Below are positions 28,852 through 37,544 of a stretch of 64,000 bases of DNA, piece after piece. The notes beneath the pieces are model-generated. The model did no database searches, was not told the origin of the DNA, and saw nothing but the letters and a program-made list of their open reading frames with translations. The DNA is from an uncultured Collinsella sp. (GTDB taxonomy: Bacteria; Actinomycetota; Coriobacteriia; Coriobacteriales; Coriobacteriaceae): NCBI GenBank assembly GCA_902470815.1, contig CABRHS010000007.1, positions 29,527 to 93,526 on the forward strand. Reading direction: 5' to 3'. The position numbers were made by a program, and so were the translations under genes. Each line of letters begins with the position of its first letter. Positions within the stretch are counted from its first letter, which is position 1.

Positions 28852-29538
28852 ATGAGGCATTTGCTTGTAGAGGATGCCCGGCTCATCCGGGATCCGCTCT
28901 CCCGGGCGCTCGAGCTCTCCGGGTGGGAAGTGGAGGCGGTGCCAGATGGTGAGGCGGCGCTCGCACGCCTTGCCGCGGCTCCTGTAGATGCCGTGGTGCT
29001 CGACATCATGCTGCCCGGCAAGGACGGCCTCTCCGTTCTATCGGAGCTGCGCGCACGTGGTGACACCACGCCCCTCATCCTGCTCACGGCCCGCGGCGAC
29101 GTGCGCGACCGGGTGCGCGGCCTGGATCTTGGCGCTGACGACTATCTGGCTAAGCCCTTCCATGTCGAGGAGCTTCTAGCACGGCTGCGCGCCGTCCTTA
29201 GGCGTCGTGGCATCGCGGATCCGTCCACAGTGATTGAGGCGCTCGGCATGCTCTATGCGCCCGATTCCCGTGAGCTGAAATGTGGTGGCGGATCTTGCGT
29301 TCTTACGCCCAAGGAGGGTCTGGTGCTCGAAGCTCTGATGCGCTATGCGGGAACCCCGGTGCGTAGGGGGCGAATCGTGACGGTAGCGTGGGGCGCTGAG
29401 GGCGAGTCGAGCGCCGGCAAGCTCGAGACGCAGGTCTCGCTGCTGCGTTCCAAAATCGTCGCTCTCGTGGCCCCGGTTTCAATTCGCGCCATTCGCGGAA
29501 TCGGTTACGTGTTGGAGGCCAAGCATGAAGATGCCTAG
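28852..29538 (+). CDS. OmpR-family response regulator
   Basis: LLVED, VVLDIMLP, LLTARG, GADDYLAKPF, IRGIGY. Confidence 0.92.
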   Translation: MRHLLVEDARLIRDPLSRALELSGWEVEAVPDGEAALARLAAAPVDAVVLDIMLPGKDGLSVLSELRARGDTTPLILLTARGDVRDRVRGLDLGADDYLAKPFHVEELLARLRAVLRRRGIADPSTVIEALGMLYAPDSRELKCGGGSCVLTPKEGLVLEALMRYAGTPVRRGRIVTVAWGAEGESSAGKLETQVSLLRSKIVALVAPVSIRAIRGIGYVLEAKHEDA

Positions 29539-30430
29539 GGATCTTGTGATGTTCCGCCGGCGCATCGTCGTGGTTTCCGCCGTCCTCATCTCCCTGTGCA
29601 CCGCTGCGTGCATGATGCTGCTCGCGGCACCACTCATCGATGCGGATATGGCAGCGCGCAGGCATATGCTCGAGGAGATCTCAAACCAGCCGTTCGACAT
29701 TGAACGGGTCGACGCGGACATTGGGGCGGATAGGACTTCAGGATTGGTCGTTACCGGCCCCGACGTTTCATGGTGTCGGGTCGCTGTCGACGAGTCGGCC
29801 AAGATGGTTGCGGTGGAACGCGGGGGAGCGGTGGACGTCGATAGCCTCTCTGAGAGCGCCGCGACACAGCTTGTATGTCTTCGCGATGGAGTCGGGAATC
29901 GGCCTTTCTCTTTCGACGGGCGAAAGTGGATCGGTCTTTGGCAGCCGCTCGATGCCCAGGATGGTGCCGTGACGGTTTTGGACGGAAACGTTGCGGCGGT
30001 CGAGGCCGCCCCAACCGGGAAACGCCTCTACACGTTTCTCGATGTAACGCCCCATGGTGAATATGTTTCCTCAATCGTCTTCCGTTGCATCTCTTCCGGA
30101 GCACTCATCGTATTGTGCACGACGGTGGTAGCGGCTTTTGCGACAACGAGGGCGCTGCGGCCCGTTATGGATGCTCGCGAGCGTGAGTGGGGGTTCGTCA
30201 CTTCCGCCTCCCACGAGCTTAAAACTCCTTTAATGGCGATCAAGAGTGCTTGTGATGTTCTTGAAGCGGAGGCGGGAATTCCCGCTGATGTGCCCGGGGA
30301 TTCGTCGATCGGCGATGATTCGGGCGACGCCGATAGCTTTTCTCGTTGGGTCGGCGTCATCCGTGAGGCATCGGATGAGATGGCTCGGAGCATCTCCGAT
30401 ATGCTCAGGAGCTTGGACGGGGGCGCTTGA
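29525..30430 (+). CDS. Membrane sensor with HisKA (DHp) domain only; no ATPase domain
   Basis: Two TM segments, FVTSASHELKTPL H-box, stop right after the second DHp helix. Confidence 0.75.
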   Translation: MKMPRDLVMFRRRIVVVSAVLISLCTAACMMLLAAPLIDADMAARRHMLEEISNQPFDIERVDADIGADRTSGLVVTGPDVSWCRVAVDESAKMVAVERGGAVDVDSLSESAATQLVCLRDGVGNRPFSFDGRKWIGLWQPLDAQDGAVTVLDGNVAAVEAAPTGKRLYTFLDVTPHGEYVSSIVFRCISSGALIVLCTTVVAAFATTRALRPVMDAREREWGFVTSASHELKTPLMAIKSACDVLEAEAGIPADVPGDSSIGDDSGDADSFSRWVGVIREASDEMARSISDMLRSLDGGA

Positions 30431-30494
30431 TGATGCGGCGGGACGTGGCGGGCTGATGCAATCTGTCAGGGGCTACTCTTCGGTTCTAACAGAA

Positions 30495-30790
30495 ATATGG
30501 TTGCGACTTATCCTTCTGATAGGACGGCTAAAAACGGCGCCAGGCTCGCGAGGCCCGGCGCCGCCCAGAAACCCGCAGGCGGCGTGCAGGGGCGCCGGAA
30601 AGCGGGTATGCTGGTAACGACTAGGAAGGCGTACGCCCTCCTGGATTTAGCTGGTGGGGTAAAACCCGCACGAACAGCCGCCCTGGCCGGAGCTGCTGTT
30701 CCCTTATGTGGCGAGTCTCACCCCTTGGCCGTTAGAGAACGGCAAGAACAAGTAGCATTCTGCTAAGACGGTGTCAGAGGCACCGTCATC
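30495..30790. other. Hairpin-rich non-coding element, copy B (longer)
   Basis: At least seven consecutive stem-loops; conserved blocks shared with 25948-26038. Confidence 0.65.
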
Positions 30791-30870
30791 ATCGTTCGGA
30801 ATCAAAGCAGAGCGCGTGACCCGTTGTTTTCAGGGGACCAAGATCGCCGCGGAGCTACAATAATGCCCAT

Positions 30871-30957
30871 CGAAGATAAAAACACAGCGCCCGTCGGGTA
30901 GTCGGGCCGCGGGCGCCCGCCTGCCAGTAACCTTCCTCCTTGCTTGTCCCTTCTTCG
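30871..30957 (+). ncRNA. yjdF (azaaromatic-sensing) riboswitch
   Basis: GAAGATAAAAACAC...GGTAGTC...GCCAGTAACCTTCCTCC...TGTCC..TCTTC matches the yjdF motif; anti-SD CCTCC; directly upstream of a YjdF gene. Confidence 0.85.
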
Positions 30958-30987
30958 CGTAGCCCTACATAGAAGGAGGTCGCGGCC

Positions 30988-31419
30988 ATGCGAAAGAGTG
31001 AGGTCTCATCGACCCTGACCGTCTATCACGACGGTCAGTTCTGGGTGGGCGTGGTCGAGCATGTCGAAGACGGCATGCTCCGTGTTGCACGCGTGGTGTT
31101 CGGCGCGGAGCCGTCAAACGAGGAAATCTATACGTGGGTGCTCAGGCACTGGTCGACCTTGCGTCTGAGCGCAGCCACGGAGCCCGTCGGGGGCCGTGTC
31201 GGGCGGCTGCCCGGCAACCCGAAGCGCCGCGCCCGCGAAGCGGCGAAGGCGATGCGCTCTCACGGGTCGTCGACGGCCTCGCAGCTCGCGCTTGCCCGCG
31301 AGCGGGAGCGCCTGAAGGGTGATGCGCGGTCCGAACGCACGGCCAGACGCCAAGACGAGGCGCGCGCCCGTTGGGAGGAGAGGCGCGAGAAGCGGCGCCG
31401 TAAGCACCGCGGGAAATAG
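30988..31419 (+). CDS. yjdF: YjdF family (DUF2992) protein
   Basis: LTVYHDGQFWVGV, VFGAEP, NPKR, STASQLAL, basic KRRRKHRGK tail. Confidence 0.9.
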   Translation: MRKSEVSSTLTVYHDGQFWVGVVEHVEDGMLRVARVVFGAEPSNEEIYTWVLRHWSTLRLSAATEPVGGRVGRLPGNPKRRAREAAKAMRSHGSSTASQLALARERERLKGDARSERTARRQDEARARWEERREKRRRKHRGK

Positions 31420-31432
31420 GGCCCTGGGCCCG

Positions 31433-31640
31433 CTAAGCCTTCTCTCTCCATCTGCGGAGTGTCAGCAGGACGGCGCCCAGGATCGACGCGCACTCATCCA
31501 CGGACCGGTCCATGTTCTGGGCCATGCGCGGTGCGCGGTTCTTGATCATCTCCTCCATTGTAGGGGCACGCGGCGGGTTCTTCTTGGGTGAGGCCGCGTT
31601 CGCGTCGGGCTTGAGCCAGGGCGTCTTTGAGCAGGATCAT
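31433..31640 (-). pseudogene. Internally deleted duplicate of the XRE-zinc-ribbon gene (26041-26508)
   Basis: Matches about 26060-26178 and 26433-26508; about 250 nt missing from the middle. Confidence 0.85.
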
Positions 31641-31706
31641 GGCGAATCGCCTCCGAACGGGGCGGCGAGCTTGGTCTCGACGGATCATCTCGATTATCAT
31701 GGCTTA

Positions 31707-32267
31707 TCAGAGCATGGCACCGAGGATTGCCTCGTCCGCTCCCTCGGAGGGTTCCCACTCCCCATTCTCGTTCTTGGAGTACGTGAACGTGATGTCGCTC
31801 TCCTCAGCGGGGGTCTCGGCGATCGACGCCATCATCAGCTCGCCGCCCTTTGCGTACAGCTCCTCCTCGCTCGGGACTGCCGACGGGTCGATGGACATGA
31901 TCCAAGCCTCGTAGTCCGCCGTGAAGTCGGCCATCGCGTCGGTGATGGATTTCATCTTGACTTTCACCCTGGCGCTCGCGGTGCCGGCCTTCTCTTCCAC
32001 GGATATGTCGCCGATCTCGTACTCGAAGCCGTCGAAGTACCCCTTCGCGAAATCCTCCGCGCTGAGGTCGAGAATCTCGAGGGACCCGCCCGTGCTGTCT
32101 GTGAGGCTGTCGACGAACTCCTCGTTATCGGGCGAGATGCTGTCGAACGCCTCGGTCAGGTCGGTGCGGATCAGCTCCTCGATGGATGGTCCTCCGCACG
32201 CGCCTAGGAGGACGGTGCATGCGATCGCGGCGATCGCGAGCGGGGCGGCGAGGAGTCTTTTCTTCAT
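31707..32267 (-). CDS. Lipoprotein of unknown function
   Basis: MKKR plus hydrophobic stretch and LGAC lipobox; acidic body. Confidence 0.8.
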   Translation of the reverse strand: MKKRLLAAPLAIAAIACTVLLGACGGPSIEELIRTDLTEAFDSISPDNEEFVDSLTDSTGGSLEILDLSAEDFAKGYFDGFEYEIGDISVEEKAGTASARVKVKMKSITDAMADFTADYEAWIMSIDPSAVPSEEELYAKGGELMMASIAETPAEESDITFTYSKNENGEWEPSEGADEAILGAML

Positions 32268-32536
32268 GGTCGTCTCCGTTCGGTCGTACTTCGGCGGATT
32301 CATGCCTGACGGCCCGCCTTCCGATATGGGGCATATCTTATGACGCCTCGCGGACCTGCGGGCTGTGGCGATCGTGGTGGGCGGCGGGCGGCATTGGGAA
32401 TCGGCGAACTGCGCGTCTGTGAGCCGGTTGGCATCTTCAGGCATTGGGGTTGGCTTTTTGTGGCGGGGCGGATGTATCGATAGGCGGTTCCTGCCTACGC
32501 CGATGCTCGTTAAAGACCCAAGTGATCAATCGATAT

Positions 32537-32566
32537 AAAAACAGGCCGGATATCACATCCGGCCTG
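32537..32566 (-). terminator. Terminator after tRNA-Ile2
   Basis: CAGGCCGGAT...ATCCGGCCTG with a T run on the minus strand. Confidence 0.75.
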
Positions 32567-32575
32567 CGTAGTCTC

Positions 32576-32651
32576 TGGTGGGCCCTCCGGGATTCGAACC
32601 CAGAACCCAGGGATTATGAGTCCCCTGCGCTAACCGTTGCGCCAAGAGCCC
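32576..32651 (-). tRNA. tRNA with CAT anticodon, most likely tRNA-Ile2 (lysidine)
   Basis: GGGCTCT...GGGGACTCATAATCCCT...GGGCCCACCA; paired 1:72 (not initiator), ileX-like body. Confidence 0.88.
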
Positions 32652-32845
32652 GTATATGCTGAATTCAGCGGTTAAGATACTAGCATGCGCGTCGAGACAA
32701 TTCAATTCTCCGATGTCGATTGGGCCTTAGGCCTAGAGGACGGGCGCCACTTGCTTTCGCTGAGTTTGACGATGGAGGCGAATTCGAAAAAACTTGTTGC
32801 GCCGCCTCAGGTTCTCGTGTTAGTATTCTCCTTGCTGAAAAGCAC

Positions 32846-32920
32846 GGGCGATTGGCTCAGGGGTAGAGCATATCCTTCACACGGATGGGGTCACAAGTTC
32901 GAATCTTGTATCGCCCACCA
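32846..32920 (+). tRNA. tRNA-Val(CAC)
   Basis: Cloverleaf, anticodon loop TTCACAC, CCA; terminator at about 32931-32957. Confidence 0.95.
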
Positions 32921-32990
32921 TCACACAGTAAAGGCTCCAGGTGACTGGGGCCTTTTTGCTATAGAGTCGATTATACCATGCGAGGCTTAC

Positions 32991-35003
32991 ATGATTCTCC
33001 TTGTGGACAAAATCGAGAAGTCCTTTGGGGCGCGCACGCTCTTCACGGGTGCCACGCTCCAAATCAACGCGGGCGAACGGTATGCGCTCGTGGGCCCCAA
33101 CGGCGCCGGTAAGACCACGCTCCTCAAGATCATCATGGGTATCGACAGCCCCGATGCGGGCGCGGTGACGTTTGCCAAGGACGCGAACGTGGGCTACCTT
33201 GAGCAGGAGACCAAGCTCGCCTCCGGCACCTCCATCATTCAGGAGGTCATGGACGCCGCCATCGAGATAAAGACGATGGGCGAGCGCGCCGAGGAGCTTC
33301 AGCTCAAGATCGCAGAGGCCGGTGAGACCGGGGAGGTCCCGCAGGCGATGCTCGACGAGTACGGGCACGTGCAGGATCGTTTTGAGCGACTGGGCGGATA
33401 CGAGCTGGAGAGCAACGCCCGCCAGATCCTCGCGGGCCTGGGGTTCAAACCCTCTGACTTCGACCAGCCCTGCTCCGAGTTCTCCGGTGGCTGGCAGATG
33501 CGCATCGCGCTCGCGAAGCTCTTCCTGCGCCATCCGGATGTCCTGCTGCTCGACGAGCCCACCAACCATCTGGACCTCGAGAGCGTCCAATGGTTGCGTG
33601 GGTTCATCTCGGCCTACGACGGCGCCGTCTTGATCGTCAGCCACGACCGCGCCTTCATGGACGCCTGCGTGGACCATGTCGCCGCGCTCGAGAACCGCCG
33701 CATCACCACGTACACCGGCAACTACAGCTCGTACCTCAAGCAGCGCGAGGACAACCTTGAGCAGATGCGCGCAAAGCGCGCGGCCCAAGAGCGCGAGATC
33801 GCCCACATGCAGGTGTTCGTCGACAAGTTCCGCTACAAGCCCACCAAGGCCGCTCAGGCGCAGGAGCGTATGCGCCGGATCGAGCAGATCAAGAGCGAGC
33901 TTGTGATCTTGCCAGAGGGTCACAAGCACGTGAATTTCAAGTTCCCCGACCCTCCGCGCTCGGGCGATATGGTCATCAAGCTCGGGGATTTCTCCAAACG
34001 CTACGGCGACAAGGTCCTCTACGAGAACGCCAACCTCACTCTGTACCGCGGTGACCGCGTCGCCCTGGTCGGCCCCAACGGCGCCGGCAAGTCCACGCTG
34101 CTCAAGATGCTCATCGGACAGGAGCTTCCCAGCGAGGGCACGCGTTCGCTGGGAACCCACGTGGGCGTTGCGTATTACGCGCAGCACCAGCTCGAGGGCC
34201 TCAAAGAGGGCAATACCGTCCTGCAGGAGATCGACTCCGTCGCGCCCACGTGGACCGTGCCCCAGCAGCGCAGCCTGCTCGGCGCGTTCCTGTTCGCCGG
34301 TGACGACGTGGAGAAGCGCGTGGGGGTGCTCTCCGGTGGCGAGCGCGCGCGTTTGGCGCTCGCCAAGATGCTCGTCGCCCCCGAGGCGCTCCTTTGCCTG
34401 GACGAGCCCACCAACCACCTCGATATCGACTCCGTGGACATGCTGGAGAACGCCCTCAAGAACTTCCCCGGAACAATCGTGCTGATCTCCCACGATGAGC
34501 ACCTGGTGCGCGCCGTGGCCAACCGTGTGGTCGACATCCGCGACGGCAAGATGACGGTGTACGACGGCGATTACGAGTATTACCAGTTCAAGCGTGAAGA
34601 CTTGGCCCAGCGCGCCGCCGCGGGGGCCGATACGGGGGCGACCGCCCGCATGGCCCGTCCCCAGGAAAAGCTCGTCGATGCAGGTCTCGAGCCCGTCCGC
34701 GAGGGCAAAAAGACTAAGGAGCAGAAGCGTGCCGAGGCCGCCGCTCGCGCCGAGCTCAACCGACGCCTCAAGGGCACCAAGGACCGCTTGAAGAAGGTGG
34801 AATCCGAGCTCGAGGTCAAGCGCGCCCGCTATGACGAGCTCATGGTGCTCATGGCCAGCGAGGAACTGTACGCCGATCAGGATAAGTTCAGCGCCGCCCT
34901 GGGCGAGTACAACGGCCTCAAGCAGGAGCTTCCCGCCCTCGAGGACGAGTGGCTCGAGCTGTCGACCATCATCGAGGAGGAGACCGCCCGTGGATGCGCG
35001 TAG
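32991..35003 (+). CDS. ABC-F family ATPase
   Basis: Two GPNGAGK Walker A motifs, FSGGW and LSGGE, two DEPTNHLD, C-terminal coiled coil, no TM. Confidence 0.93.
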   Translation: MILLVDKIEKSFGARTLFTGATLQINAGERYALVGPNGAGKTTLLKIIMGIDSPDAGAVTFAKDANVGYLEQETKLASGTSIIQEVMDAAIEIKTMGERAEELQLKIAEAGETGEVPQAMLDEYGHVQDRFERLGGYELESNARQILAGLGFKPSDFDQPCSEFSGGWQMRIALAKLFLRHPDVLLLDEPTNHLDLESVQWLRGFISAYDGAVLIVSHDRAFMDACVDHVAALENRRITTYTGNYSSYLKQREDNLEQMRAKRAAQEREIAHMQVFVDKFRYKPTKAAQAQERMRRIEQIKSELVILPEGHKHVNFKFPDPPRSGDMVIKLGDFSKRYGDKVLYENANLTLYRGDRVALVGPNGAGKSTLLKMLIGQELPSEGTRSLGTHVGVAYYAQHQLEGLKEGNTVLQEIDSVAPTWTVPQQRSLLGAFLFAGDDVEKRVGVLSGGERARLALAKMLVAPEALLCLDEPTNHLDIDSVDMLENALKNFPGTIVLISHDEHLVRAVANRVVDIRDGKMTVYDGDYEYYQFKREDLAQRAAAGADTGATARMARPQEKLVDAGLEPVREGKKTKEQKRAEAAARAELNRRLKGTKDRLKKVESELEVKRARYDELMVLMASEELYADQDKFSAALGEYNGLKQELPALEDEWLELSTIIEEETARGCA

Positions 35004-35286
35004 GGTAGGGGCGATCGCCCTGACCGTGATGGGCTTCGCATGCCGCGTCATCGCGTTTGCGCTTTGCGCCCTGACCGTCGCGCTGTGCTTCAACGGGTTC
35101 GCCGCAAAGCTCAACATCGTCTCGCTCGTGGTTGACCTCACCCGTGCGCTGCCCGCCGTCATCGCGGGCTACGGGCTTGTGGCCACGCCGTTCGGCGGCG
35201 TGTTCCGCTTCGACTTCGCCTGCATGGCGGTCGCGTTCTTCCTCATCGACTACGCGTGCGCCCGCGTGGCCCGCTCGCTGCGTTAG
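34990..35286 (+). CDS. Small membrane protein
   Basis: GTG after GGAG, hydrophobic, TPFGGVFRFDF; overlaps the ABC-F stop. Confidence 0.6.
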   Translation: MDARRVGAIALTVMGFACRVIAFALCALTVALCFNGFAAKLNIVSLVVDLTRALPAVIAGYGLVATPFGGVFRFDFACMAVAFFLIDYACARVARSLR

Positions 35287-35295
35287 GAGCCAAGC

Positions 35296-35979
35296 ATGAA
35301 CGTTCCGTACCTGATGAGCCTTCTCGCGAGCGCCCTCGCTCTCATACTCGGCATCGTCGTGCACGAGAGCGCCCATGCCCTTGCGGCGTATCTTCTGGGG
35401 GATCGCACGGCGCGTTCCCAGGGCCGGCTCTCGCTCAACCCGCTCAAGCATATCGACCCCTTTGGCACCGTGCTTTTGCCGCTTATCATGATCTTGGCCG
35501 GTGGCCCGGTGTTCGCGTTCGCCAAGCCCGTTCCCGTATACCTGAACAACCTTGGGCACCCGCGCCGCGACGAGGTCCTCGTGTCCCTCGCCGGGCCGGC
35601 GTCCAACATCGTGCTCGCGTGCTTGTCGGCGCTCGCGCTTAGGGCCGTCCCCTCCATCGCGCTCACGGAGCCCGTGGGCATCGATATCGTCAACGCCCTG
35701 GTGGACTTTGGGTTCACCTCTATCTCCGTGAACCTCTCGCTGGCGTTCTTCAACCTCATCCCCCTGCCGCCCCTCGACGGGTCCTCGATCATCCAGCCGT
35801 TCCTCAAGGGCCGCGCGCTGCAGGCGTACTACGACGTCCAACGGTACTCCATGCCCATCCTCATCGCGGTGCTGTACCTGCTTCCGACGGTCTTGCACAT
35901 CGATTTGCTGGGCATGTACTTCTCCGTGACCGTCGATCCCATGTACCTCGCGCTCGCGCGATTCGCTCTGGGCATCTAG
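35296..35979 (+). CDS. Site-2 protease family (M50) protein
   Basis: HESAH, GRLSLNPLKHIDP, FNLIPLPPLDG. Confidence 0.92.
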   Translation: MNVPYLMSLLASALALILGIVVHESAHALAAYLLGDRTARSQGRLSLNPLKHIDPFGTVLLPLIMILAGGPVFAFAKPVPVYLNNLGHPRRDEVLVSLAGPASNIVLACLSALALRAVPSIALTEPVGIDIVNALVDFGFTSISVNLSLAFFNLIPLPPLDGSSIIQPFLKGRALQAYYDVQRYSMPILIAVLYLLPTVLHIDLLGMYFSVTVDPMYLALARFALGI

Positions 35980-36029
35980 TGCGCTAAACTTAACAGCGTA
36001 TGTGCATCGATGGGTAGAAGGGGGAGGTT

Positions 36030-36836
36030 GTGTCCTACCGCGTCTCAACGCAGGGGTACTCGGGCCCCTTCGACCTGCTTTTGCAGCTCGTGAGCCGTCA
36101 AAAGGTCGACATCGGGTCCATCTCCATCTCGGAGGTGGCCGAGCAGTACCTCGCCGAGGTTGAGCGCCTGGAGGCTCTCGACCTCGATGTTGCGAGCGAC
36201 TTCCTGCTGGTTGCCGCCACCCTCCTCGACATCAAGGCCGCATCGCTCGTCCCGGACGAGGGCTCCGCCAAACGCCGTGACGATGAGGAGTTGGATGACG
36301 AGTTCGACGGGCTCGACGGAGACGCGCTCCGCGAGGTCCTGATCCAGCGCCTCATCGCGTACAAGCAGTTCAAGGGTGCGGCCGCCGCGCTCGGTGCGCG
36401 CATGGAGGCGGAAAGCCGCATGCATCCGCGCGTTGCCGGTCCCGACCCGGAGTTTCTCAACCTCATGCCCGATTACCTCGCCGGGATCACGCTGAGAGGC
36501 CTTGCCGTCATCTGCGCCGACCTCGATGGCCGTCGCGAGACGTTCCTGCTCGAGGCCGAGCACGTGGCGCCGCGTCGCGTACCCATCGAGCTCACCGTCG
36601 CGTCCGTTGACCGCGTGACCGCCGCGAGGCCGCACACCACGTTCAGGGAGCTCCTGGACGGCGATGCGACAACCGAGCAGGTTGTGGCGACGTTCCTGGC
36701 CATTCTCGAGCTCGCAAAGCGCGGTTCGCTCGTGCTCGAGCAGGACGAGAACTTCGGCACCATTCGCATTGACCGCGTTGAGGGGGCCCCGGAATACCGC
36801 CCGGGCGACGGTTCCCTGTTCGACGAGGAGGACTAG
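36030..36836 (+). CDS. scpA: Segregation/condensation protein A
   Basis: GPFDLLLQL, SDFLLVAATLLDIK, TFLAILEL. Confidence 0.93.
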   Translation: MSYRVSTQGYSGPFDLLLQLVSRQKVDIGSISISEVAEQYLAEVERLEALDLDVASDFLLVAATLLDIKAASLVPDEGSAKRRDDEELDDEFDGLDGDALREVLIQRLIAYKQFKGAAAALGARMEAESRMHPRVAGPDPEFLNLMPDYLAGITLRGLAVICADLDGRRETFLLEAEHVAPRRVPIELTVASVDRVTAARPHTTFRELLDGDATTEQVVATFLAILELAKRGSLVLEQDENFGTIRIDRVEGAPEYRPGDGSLFDEED

Positions 36837-37544
36837 ATGGATAATCTCGATAGCCTCGGTGCCGGCTCCCTCAAGGGCGCGCTCGAGGCGCTTTTGCTCG
36901 TCTCGAGCGACCCGGTGAGCGCGAGCCAGCTCGCGGCCGTGCTCGATACGACTCCCGGTGAGGTGGCATCGCTGCTCGCCGAGCTCAAAGTTGAGTATGA
37001 GGAGGCGAATCGCGGCTTCCAGCTGCGCGAGGTGGCGGGGGGCTGGCGTCTGTTCACGCATCCCGCCTTCCATGAGCAGGTCGAGTCGTTCGTGCTTTCC
37101 TGGGACACGCAGCGCCTTTCCCAGGCAGCCCTCGAGACGCTCGCCGTCATCGCCTACCACCAGCCCGTCACGCGCGAGATGGTCAAGGGAATCCGCGGCG
37201 TCAACTCCGACGGCGTGATCTCCTCGCTCGTCGACAAGGGCCTGATCCGCGAGATGGGGCGCGATTCCGAGCGCGGGCAGGCGATCATCTACGGCACGAC
37301 GAACGCCTTCCTTGAGAAATTCGGCTTGCGCAGCACGCGCGATCTGCCGGACCTTGAGCAGTTCGCGCCTGACGAGCAGGCGCGTCAATTCATTCGCGAG
37401 CGCCTGTCCGGCAGGTCCATCCAGTCGACCCTCGATGAGGTCGCCGAGGACCTCGAGGAGGAGCGCGAGCTGATAGATGAGGCCGATGAGCTTGACGACC
37501 TCGCGACGGCCGGCGATGCGGACGGCGAGGGCCATGATGCCTAG
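36837..37544 (+). CDS. scpB: Segregation/condensation protein B
   Basis: LSQAALETLAVIAYHQPVTR, YGTT..FLEKFGL. Confidence 0.95.
   Translation: MDNLDSLGAGSLKGALEALLLVSSDPVSASQLAAVLDTTPGEVASLLAELKVEYEEANRGFQLREVAGGWRLFTHPAFHEQVESFVLSWDTQRLSQAALETLAVIAYHQPVTREMVKGIRGVNSDGVISSLVDKGLIREMGRDSERGQAIIYGTTNAFLEKFGLRSTRDLPDLEQFAPDEQARQFIRERLSGRSIQSTLDEVAEDLEEERELIDEADELDDLATAGDADGEGHDA

Noticed and set aside
30496..30514. TATGGTTGCGAC recalls an IscB omega-RNA stem; ACTTATCCT recalls a MOBP nic site
   Set aside because: Short matches from memory only; no iscB, tnpB or relaxase in the window
30497..30766. 89-aa ORF across the hairpin element
   Set aside because: No RBS, no recognisable domain, and the frame is not preserved in copy A; more likely incidental
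18960..32531. GATCAATC near both island ends as a possible att/target duplication
   Set aside because: Only 8 bp, not derived from a tRNA 3' end, and expected by chance
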